In this document: positions 26,101 to 36,079 of the stretch, in pieces
Layout of the letters: every line of letters starts with the position of its first letter
How positions within the stretch are numbered: position 1 is the stretch's first letter
Assembly: GCA_024704765.1 (NCBI GenBank)
Contig: JAKMXF010000017.1
Coordinates: forward strand, 23,292 to 87,291
Direction of reading: 5' to 3'
From: Oopsacas minuta
Lineage: Eukaryota; Animalia; Porifera
Length of the DNA: 64,000 nucleotides
Program-made: the position numbers and the translations under genes
Notes under the pieces: generated by a model
Seen by the model: the letters and a program-made list of their open reading frames with translations, nothing else
The model's database searches: none
Told to the model about the DNA's origin: nothing

Positions 26101-29100
26101 ATAATGTATCTTCTTGTTGAGACTTGATTGTAGTGAGATTTCCTCCCCAACTGATACAGCTATCTTGAGCTGCTGTCCAAGATATTTTAGGAAAAGTAGT
26201 GAATATTGCAAATGTAGAATCATCATATGTAAGATTCCTCATCACGTCTAATTCTATAACAGAATATAATTAAAGATCATTCTAACAGGGAAATTTGGTT
26301 GTGCAAACAAATATCCAAACAACATAATTGCTGCTGGAATAATAAATGCAGCAATCTAGCTAGGTTTGCTGAATGATTTGTAAATAGCTAAATTAGTTGC
26401 TGATTAGAGACCTGCCACGCTTTAATTGGTCTGGCATAGTAATATCTGGTGTCTCTATTATTCATACATGTACAATACTTACATCAATACTGTACACAAC
26501 TACACATAATTACCTGTAATATCATTTGAGTCTCTTTTACAAATAAAATCATTCATATTATCACAGTCATAATTATTCCATTTTCCATCAGTCTCCATTG
26601 CAATACAACTCATTGAATTAAAGTTATTAGGCGCATTTGATACATAGTTTGTGTAGCTTACTTGTGTTCCATCAATCCAGTTAAAACTCTCATCTCCATT
26701 GTCATCATACAATCCAATCCAGTATTTATTAGTTGTATCAAGGACAATAGTGTATAGGAAGTTATTCATTCGTTCTGATGGAACACTAGTCAAATCACCA
26801 CCCCATACACTACAAGTAGACTGAGCATCAAACCAACTGATTCCATCATCAGATTCTTCAAACACTTGATAACAAAATCCTTCATATATTATATCACATC
26901 CATTGGAAGTAGCTGGAAGATGGAGTAAAATTATATGTATATCATATTAGATTTCTAGAAAAGGATGATTGTTAGCATTTTTATTCAAATTTATTTTCTG
27001 TAATAGGTACCACATTATAATTACATTAGGGGCGGTTCAAACGTTAAGTAATGTAAATTCCATAAATATTTACCTCCCAATCCTGTGTCACGCTTTTTTA
27101 CCGTTTTGTTATGCAAAAAGAATGGGGATGTCACATTTCGCATACCACCCCCTCCCCTTGTAGCGCTAGGTAAAGTGGAACCTGGAGCACGCTCCATTTT
27201 TTAAGGAGGGAACACACTGGCACTCGTTCCTATTTAATTGCAAACAATTTACAAATTTCATCTGGCATTCTGCATAAAATTCAAGTATTTTTGCTATAAA
27301 AAGTGAATGAAGGGACACTTTTGTATAAATCACAAATTATTGAAATGGTTTGAAGTTGCATAAACAGTAATTTCTCGAATATTAAATTCCTGATCACTTA
27401 AAATGCAAATCTAATGTAAATCTAAAAGAAGGAATTGGAGCCCAATTGGAGTACGCTCCAAATTTGAGCAACAGTTAATACTCTACTAGTTTTGGAATGG
27501 TTTACTATCAATTCTACTCACCAAACTTCTGACAATAGTAAGAGAATACAGCTGCATCACAATTTCTATCATGCCATCCATTTGACAATCCATTCAGTCT
27601 GTTGTATCTAAAACTAACACAATCACTTTCTTCTGTCTCTGCACGAGGATATACCTCTGATTCTGGAGATGTAGCAAATTGTCTGTAATTATTGTCGTTA
27701 CCATCTACCCATACAAATAGATTCGAGTTAGTATTAGCCTCATTAGTTCTGTCATTCAAACCTATCCAACTAGCAAAATATGGATCTATATCTGTTAGAT
27801 AATACAATAATGTATCTTCTTGTTGAGATTTGATTGTAGTGAGATTTCCTCCCCAACTGATACAGCTATCTTGAGCTGCTGTCCAAGATATTTTAGGAAA
27901 AGTAGTGAATATTGCAAATGTAGAATCATCATATGTAAGTTCTCTCAAAAGACCATAAACTATGATAGACGGATAAGTAGAAAATATCGAATTTGTGTGT
28001 AATTTGTAGTTGAAAACATGGAATACATTATTGACTATCCTCTTAGGTAGTGTTTGCAATCCCCAAGTGTATTTTCTAATCCTGAGATTAAGGATTGATT
28101 CGATGCTCAGTCCCGGGGATATTGCACTAAATACTATATGCTTACACTAGTATAATTAAATCAATTGCAAAAATCTAATTTAATCTATACGCGCCTTTGG
28201 CTCGTCGCTTTGCGATGAACTCGGCGCATTGCGCCTCGAGATTTCCATTATTCTCCAAATTGACGGCCCCTTTGAGTATTATAATATAGATATATATATA
28301 TAGAACAATGTAATTCACAAATATACGTATATAGCATAATATTATTGAATTATTTTGTAAGATCAACACCCTTCGTTGCCGTTGAGAGAAAGTATCTATG
28401 TAAATTTTGAGATTTTGTAAATTTGTTTCCTTTATATTCATAAAAAATAAATTTACATATAAGAACCTTGAAAATTCGAAATTCGGATTTCAGCGTTAGT
28501 TACCCCTGTGTAGCCGTTTAGAACAAGCCTATTCATAAAAACAACAATATTTTACATATCAACGGACAAACAAATAGCCAAACAACAATTGAGATTTAGT
28601 AATATAGATGCCGTTTACAATATCATATTTGGACACAGCATACTCGATTACCCCAATATGGTCGTTGAAAGTATGATTCTACCTCATTTTTGAAAATTGT
28701 TTACTTTATGTACCTGAAAGTAAACAAATATTCACAAAATGTTGTTTACAATATCATATTAGCACTCAGCATACACGATTACCTCAGCATAACCATTGAA
28801 AACATGTTTCTACACCAATTTTTTGTATTGAATTCCGGGATCCAATCCAAAAGAAACTGTATCTGGATCCCGGAATACCGGAATTGCAAACACTATTCTT
28901 ATGAGTCGCTCAACGTTACTTAACGCAAAACTCACCAAAATTTGACCTCAGTATTACGCTTTTCGCAATACGAAATGAATGGGACTGTCACGCTATTTAC
29001 ACTACCCTTCTAGGTAAGGTTTGACGTTTCAATAAGTATTCAGAGATACTCAGAATTTCATAATCTAAAACTATATTTTGCATTCTCTTATTCTGTTCTA

Positions 29101-30638
29101 TGCAGCTATTGTAAAAGGTACATATCTAACCACTTCACTTATGCGCGCCGTGTCGTAAGCTTTCGTCCTGTTTCCCTTAGTAAGGACCGTAATTTAGCCT
29201 GTAAATCTGACACTAAAAGCTCAAGGTAAACTCAGGGTAGACCTATGGTGCCGCTCGGACCTTTCCTTGTCACATGGTGGGTTATGACGCCTATAACTCC
29301 ACTTGACACTCTGGACGAAGAATAAACAAATACATTACAGGTGAAAATAATGAGTAAAGACTCTTTTTGAATAGCTGTTTGTTGCAAGAAATTATAATGA
29401 CGAAATTTCCGAATATTATCTGAGACAACATTTTCATGCGACAGAATTTCGTAAAAAACTTTCTGCCATTATTTGAAAAGCTAGAAATTAAGTTCTTGAT
29501 AGAAATACCTGCAATGAAATTTGAGTTCCTCCTGCATATATAATTGTTGATATCATCACCACAGTCATAATTATTCCATTTTCCATCAGTTTCCATTGTA
29601 ATACAACTCATTGAGTTAAAGTCATTAGGTGCATTTGATACATAGTTTGTGTATCTTACTTGTGTTCCATCAATCCAGTTAAAACTCTCATCTCCATTGT
29701 CATCATACAATCCAATCCAGTATTTACTAGTTGGATCAGGGACAATAGTGTACAGGAAGTTATTCACTCGCTTTAAGGGCACACTAGTCAAGTCACCACC
29801 CCATACACTACAAGTAGACTGAGCATCATACCAGCTGATTCCTTCAGATGCTGTAAATATTTGATAGCAGAAGTTTTCATATATTAAATCACATCCATTT
29901 GAGATTCCTATAGAATAGTAATTATAGTTAATGCATGAAGTGTTATACATTGTAATGAGAGTCCCAGATGATGGCTGGTAGTTTATTGAATAGGTATTCT
30001 GTATATTGTATATTGAAGTTATTAAGAATTCAATTTACCTGGTCTTTGACAGAAGTAGGAAAATACAGTTGAGCCATCACCACAATGTCTATCATGCCAC
30101 CCATTCGATAATCCTTGTCCTCTTCTGTATCTAAAACTAACACAATCAGAATTGTCATTAGTAGCACGAGGATATGCTTCTTCTTCTGGAGCTGTAGCAA
30201 ATTGTCTGTAGGTACTATCACTACCATCTTCCCACCTAAAACTATTCGCGTCAGTACCAGCTTCATTCCCCATTCCTCTATCATTCAAACCTATCCAACT
30301 AGCAAAATATTCATTAATATTTGTTAGATAATAGAATAATGTATCTTCTTGTTTAGACTTGATTGTAGCGAGATTTCCTCCCCAGTTCTTACAAACATCT
30401 CTAGCATCTGTCCATGATATATGAGTATCATTTGAACCTACTATTGTAGTGAAGATTGCAAAAGTAGAGTTGTTGAATGTTATTTCTCTGACTGGATCTT
30501 GTGCTAATAATATTTTTTAGTTATCAAACATTCATGAACACATACATACGGTTCAAGTTTTAATATACCTGTTTGTATCTGAATGAAAGAACATATGATT
30601 ACACAGATTATTCTCACTGCGTATAACCAAGTTTTCAT
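20182..30638 (-). CDS. Receptor gene B: signal peptide - 6x C-type lectin - 3x Ig-like - TM - tandem PTP (D1 intact, D2 degenerate) receptor tyrosine phosphatase
   Basis: Exon 1 30638-30569 (MKTWLYAVRIICVIICSFIQIQT), CTL exons 30503-24990, Ig exons 23895-23175, large exon from 22535; D1 has KNRF, DYINAS, FIAAQGP, WPDHDVP, HCSAGVGRTG, QMVQT; D2 has HCEDGAGKS; GT donor after 'MTNL' so the last exon(s) lie below 20197 (not firmly placed). Confidence 0.88.
24439..24783. mobile_element. MITE with ~40-bp TIRs in an intron of gene B
   Basis: cttgccgcgcgacagcttagggcctcaggttagcttaaa vs tttaagctaacttggagcactaagctgtcgcgcagcaac. Confidence 0.7.
28180..28830 (+). mobile_element. HINE/Lep1-like Helitron repeat plus a partial tandem copy
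   Basis: 5' gcctttggctcgtcgctttgcgatgaactcggcg, 3' end gagatttagtaatatagat at 28609, then repeated internal block 28620-28830. Confidence 0.6.
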
Positions 30639-31704
30639 GTCGAATTCAACCTTAGTTTCCAATGAATATAATAAATAACCCTAACACTCTAGGAATACTT
30701 TATAGGTTGTTATTTTTATAGGAATTTTTATGAAAGAAATTTGATATACTTTTGTAAGGTAATCTGCACATTATATCGTACTTGTCTGTCAGTTTATGTA
30801 ATCCCTAATATGCTAGTACATAGAATGACACAAATTGGATATTAATAATTGGCCGCTTGAATTGTGTAATATTACTTCTGCATTTTATCACTAATATTAA
30901 GATGATTATAAACTTACGTATAGATTCTCGTAATGTATATTGTAATGCTATTATTATGTCTAAAGGAATAAGAAATACGTTAGATATATATCGGATAATT
31001 TAATTAATTTATCCTATGTCTGAATCAACTGTAATAATCATTAGTGTAGATGGGAGCAACACTAACTCTTAGGAGAAAAAATAAATTTCCAATTCGGCAA
31101 ATTAGTGAGGAAGGATTAGAAATTTCCGATAATTAAAGAAGTTTCAAGAAGTTCCTACTACATAGTGCATGCTTGATCTGCCAACAGATACAAATGTTGT
31201 AAATTCAGTGCTTGAATAGCTTCAATTAATTCTATAACGTTAGGAATTTCAGTAACTTGTAAGTATAAATATTTTGAATGATAGTAATCTCGTTCAGTAA
31301 CTTTCTTTCTATGGACCTTCACTATCGTATGTATGAGATCCTTTTGTTTTGGTCAATACATGGTAATTATTTGAATTTTTAGTACAGCTCCTATAGGGAG
31401 ATACCCTAATGGCATGAACGATGTGCGACGTCCATACGTCCGTCCACGCGACCGCGCGAAATCCTGCATCCAATTAACATGAGAATTGTCATCCATATAC
31501 ATTTTGGTTAGAAGATTTGTACCTCGTGGTATGAACTATTTTTGTGTACTTCATGTACACTGTAATTACAGTTCATAAATAAAATTCATTACACCATAAA
31601 ATACATATTGAGTATAGTACTACTCATGGACATAACAAAACAATTTATCTATCCTCTCAGATACCAAACGCAGTTTCTATTATATCCAACAAATGGAAAC
31701 GTAA

Positions 31705-32856
31705 TCAAGAATGAGATTGAGACCTAAAGTCTTGAATAAAGGGAGGTCTTTGTTGATAATTCCTGTTTGAAACATCGAAGGTAGTCCTGTAATCTTCCAT
31801 TAATGGCTGAATTAACCTTTCGTTTATATTTTTGTATTTATTCCTCTTCCCTATTACCTTTACTATTATTCCAATGCAAACAAGTAAGTATGCCAAAGAA
31901 AGTAACAAGACAAACGCGACCATCAGAATCATTTGAACCATTCCATTGATACTGTACATAGAAAATATGACAGTTTCGTATTCATTGGGTAAATGTATTT
32001 TCGGGAATAGACCAAATGAGACAGAATTGATGAAGTTTGGATAGAATAATACTATTACCATTCCTGATTGAAGGAAAATTGTAAAGAAATTTGATAGTAA
32101 TATTAGAAAGCAGAATACTGTGAAACATTGTGTGTATAGAAACTGTGTGGCAATCCTGCGCTGTATTTTGTAATCAATTAGTGTTGAGTGCCAACGAGCT
32201 TCCTCACTTCTACCTTTCAATAAGCGATAGAAACTTCGAGTACACGAGATATAGATGAAGAAATCCACCAGACCGATAGGTAAATAAAATATCTGTAGCT
32301 GATATACTGACTCGTTAATACACGACAACAGTAGTAAGATGATTAATCGGACAGAAATACAAATACTGTAACATTTTATCCATTTTGTATATGGAATGTT
32401 GAGATATGCTCTCCTCAGGACAATTAAGAATAAGCATCCAATCGCTGGTAGGATACTAACTGAAATGATAAATATATTGTATGCAGCAATTTCGATTTGA
32501 TTAATGGGCTGGTAGGTTTTGGAATTAGAGAGAATTTTCACGTTTATCGATCTATTGCCATATAATATTATGTCCAAGTTTATACCAATAATATGAATCC
32601 CCGCGAATAAATTGCTTGCCATTTCTACTCCAGATATAATCAGTAGGAAAGTAAATATCATTGATTCTATCTTGAGGTTCTGTTTCACTTTAGAGAGGTC
32701 AATATTAAAAATTGTAGTTAAAGGAACATTTCTAATTTCTTTCTGGACTTTAAATCGTCGATAGGCTAAGTAACTGATGACAAATGACATCATGATAATA
32801 TGCGGCAGCATGAAGAGAGGGCTTAGTAGATCGATTATACGGAGAGATTTAGCCAT
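31705..32856 (-). CDS. Orphan multi-pass (about 7 TM, GPCR-like topology) membrane protein, intronless
   Basis: 383-aa ORF with about seven hydrophobic stretches; no class A/B/C GPCR signature recognised. Confidence 0.7.
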   Translation of the reverse strand: MAKSLRIIDLLSPLFMLPHIIMMSFVISYLAYRRFKVQKEIRNVPLTTIFNIDLSKVKQNLKIESMIFTFLLIISGVEMASNLFAGIHIIGINLDIILYGNRSINVKILSNSKTYQPINQIEIAAYNIFIISVSILPAIGCLFLIVLRRAYLNIPYTKWIKCYSICISVRLIILLLLSCINESVYQLQIFYLPIGLVDFFIYISCTRSFYRLLKGRSEEARWHSTLIDYKIQRRIATQFLYTQCFTVFCFLILLSNFFTIFLQSGMVIVLFYPNFINSVSFGLFPKIHLPNEYETVIFSMYSINGMVQMILMVAFVLLLSLAYLLVCIGIIVKVIGKRNKYKNINERLIQPLMEDYRTTFDVSNRNYQQRPPFIQDFRSQSHS

Positions 32857-33395
32857 TGTAAGTCGTATCTAAATTGTGTTTTACATTGCGAATAATACTA
32901 TCTTTATATAGTAATTTTAACCAAACACAATATTGAAATTATTGCATATACTTCTATTAGTATATTTCCCTGAAGCTATAATATGCTGACTATGAATCTG
33001 AGTAAATCTTTTAACTTTCTGTAGTAAATTGCATTATTTATTTGTCATACTGAAATAAATGTAATTATATCTGAAATCGATTGTAAGCTTGTTGTGATTA
33101 TGAAAGTGTATATAGCATCACTCTTCAATGGTGTAATGAATTAATCATATTACCATCTATAATTTGTACATTAAGCTAATCATTTGTTATAAGTAGTATA
33201 TCACATAAATATACTAATAGTAAACATATACAAAATATTGTATACTAATAAATTAATAGAATTGATGAGTAATGATATTCTGTATACCGATATAGTAGAA
33301 CTACTACTTGAGTCGTTTAATGATTGAAAAGTCTTCAATCATTAAATTACCTCTCAGAATTAAGGTTTATAATGTCAAACTCACTTAATATACTA

Positions 33396-33515
33396 CATGA
33401 CCGGCGGAGCCGGTACGGCATATGCGGCCATTGCCGGACCAATTTCGTCATGGCCTAGCCAATTCCTATTGCCAGAACGGGCCGGACCAATAAAAATTTG
33501 CTTCCGACCGGCCTG
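33396..33515. mobile_element. Small GC-rich MITE
   Basis: catgaccggcggagc ... gcttccgaccggcctg imperfect TIRs, GC-rich within AT-rich DNA. Confidence 0.55.
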
Positions 33516-33521
33516 TACCAT

Positions 33522-33986
33522 ATCTACTAAGCCCTCTCTTCATGCTGCTGCATATTATCATGATGTCATTTGTCATCAGTTACTTAGCCTATCGACGATT
33601 TAAAGTCCAGAAAGAAATTAGAAATGTTCCTTTAACTACAATTTTTAACATTGACCTCTCTAAAGTGAAACAGAACCTCAAGATAGAATCAATGATATTT
33701 ACTTTCCTACTGATTATATCTGGAGTAGAAATGGCAAGCAATTTATTCGCGGGGATTCATATTATTGGTATAAACTTGGACATAATATTATATGGCAATA
33801 GATCTCTCTAATTCCAAAACCTACCAGCCCATTAATCAAATCGAAATTGCTGCATACAATATATTTATTATTTCAGTTAGTATCCTACCAACGATTGTAT
33901 GCTTATTCTTAATGTTTCAAACAGGGATTATCAATAAAGACCTCCCTTTATTCAAGACTTTAAGTCTCATTTTCATTCTTGATTAC
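33522..33986 (+). pseudogene. Inverted, internally deleted duplicate of the 31705-32856 gene
   Basis: Near-identical to the reverse complement of ~32830-32425 and ~31775-31700; 17-nt deletion (frameshift) and ~650-nt internal deletion. Confidence 0.9.
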
Positions 33987-34023
33987 CCTTTCTGATATTT
34001 TATACCAGGGCCGTAGCTAGGGG

Positions 34024-34493
34024 CAGAGCCGGATTAAGCAGTTTCGAGGCCCTGGGCTAAATATTCAATGAGGCCCTCGAACCCTTTTACCCCTAAAATT
34101 TATACAAGAGGAAATTTGTTAAATGTATTTCACTAAAGTTTTGTAGAATTCATTATAGTATAAATTGCATGACAGCCATCAAAAATTAACTTGTCGAGAC
34201 TTCATTTCAACAAATGTCCTTAGTACATCCTCAAATTCAACTTTTTTGAGTAGTTCGCTTTCAATTGACATGAGAGATAGGTAATTAAGTCTTTCCTGTT
34301 TCATACAAGTTCTCTTTTCATTTAAAATAAGTTTCAGCTTTGAAAATGAGTGCTCTGCTGTTGCATTAGTTATCATCATGACAAATATATGCGCATCATA
34401 ATTTCGACATTATGATGCGTGAGACACAGCTCAATTTGGGGGCCTTAGAGGCTGGGGCCCTGAGGCCTGTGTCCCATGGTTAATCGGGCACTG
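34024..34493 (-). mobile_element. Nested non-autonomous hAT remnant carrying a transposase C-terminal dimerisation-domain fragment (34179-34379)
   Basis: TIRs CAGAGCCGGATTAA / TTAATCGGGCACTG (12/14 match); peptide NATAEHSFSKLKLI...MKQERLNYLSLMSIE matches the hAT dimerisation consensus. Confidence 0.8.
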
Positions 34494-34919
34494 CGAATAC
34501 CTTAACTGGAATTCAGGGGCACCTGGGCTGCAGCCAAGTTAGCCCATTGGAAAATCTGGCCTTGCTTGATCCATGTCCCTAGTAACAAGTCTCCATCGAC
34601 CTCTCTCTCTCTCTATCAGGATTGTGTTCATATTAGTGAACACAATCCTGATGATAGAGACAACAGACTTTTGATAATTCCAATTATTGGAAGAATAACT
34701 AAATTGGAACTGAAACTAACCAGAAGACACCTGCACTACATACACTAATTGTGTAATTGTATAACAGACATAACTCTAACCAAGAAACATCCCTAAATTT
34801 ACAGGACTTACTATAGCAACCATTGACGTACATTGGTATTCTCAAGTTACACAAGTATAAGATAGAGTCTGTAATAATTCAAAATATTATTTCTAACAAA
34901 CCCAAATCTAAACAATAAA

Positions 34920-36079
34920 ATGGCAACAAATCAGCCCATAATTGTACCAGTTAATGAATTGGCACAATTCGATTATGTCGCTACTCAAATCATGAATAAG
35001 TTCGATCTCCTAATTAAGCAGCTGATCGCGAGGAGGGACGCTCTCCTTGGGAAACTCAGAGATATGAAATGGAATATTTATCAAAAGAGAGTACCCGTAA
35101 GGCAGCCATGCAGGAACTGGCCAATACTCAACGACACATGGAGGCGCTAAGTCTGAAAGTTAATGAGAACAAAGATCTCCATCAACAGATCACTGACCTA
35201 TATCAACAGCGCATCAAACAGCTGGAGACTCCCACAAAATTCCAGCAGCCCTTCTTCTCCTGTACGACGCTGTCCCAACTACGAACTCAGATCGCTGAGT
35301 TCGGAGAGATGAAAGAATGGGAGCTAGACTACTCTGAAGAAAAAACCTATCCTAACTGTTGGGAAGGAAGGGTACGGTAATAATGAATTGAATGCTGCAG
35401 GTCTATCTCTAGATGAACCAAATCAGTTAATTTACATAGCTGATTATCATAACAGTCGTATCCAAGTTGTGTCTTTTGAAGGAAAATTCTTGAAAAGATT
35501 TGGACAAGACATACTCGAAGGACCATGGGGAATAGCTGTGGCAGAAGATAACGTCTTCATTACGGACAGAGAACTCCACGCTTTGTTACAGTTCAACAAG
35601 AAGGATTACAAACTAGTGAAGAGGACTGGTAACGAAGAAGCAGGAGATGGAGAGCTAAATGAACCACTTGGACTCTGTGTTCACTACAATGGAGACGTGT
35701 ATATGGCTGATTGTTACAATCACAGAGTTTCTATATTCTCTAAAGCTCTTGAATTTGTTAATTGTTTGGGTACTCAACAGCTACAACATCCTCAGGATGT
35801 TAAAGTTACTCCCACTAGCATTGTAGTGCTAGACTACAGTCCTAATTGTGTACACTTCTACTCGGGAAGTGGACACCTTATAAACTCATGTACTACTTTT
35901 GGGCAGGATGGTGGTGTATCGTCCCTTCTTCTGTAGTTTGGATGTAGCATGGAATATTCTTATTACTGATCTTTCCGTCACAATATTAAGATACTATCTC
36001 CATCAGGAGAGCTATTACACACCATAGGGAGGATAGAAGATGGGAGAGAAGAATTTACAAATCCATATGGTATTAGTAC
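34920..36079 (+). pseudogene. Coiled-coil + NHL-repeat (TRIM-NHL-like C-terminal half) gene, frameshifted and truncated by the RAG1-like transposon
   Basis: MATNQPIIVP..., coiled coil, LIYIADYHNSRIQV, GPWGIAV, EPLGLCV, DVYMADCYNHRV, HPQDVKV; about 4 frameshifts; last repeat 'FTNPYGIST' ends at the CACAGTG end. Confidence 0.85.

Noticed and set aside
13419-30505. Repeated ~400-bp units as a CRISPR-like or satellite array
   Set aside because: They are spliced C-type lectin exons of two paralogous genes.
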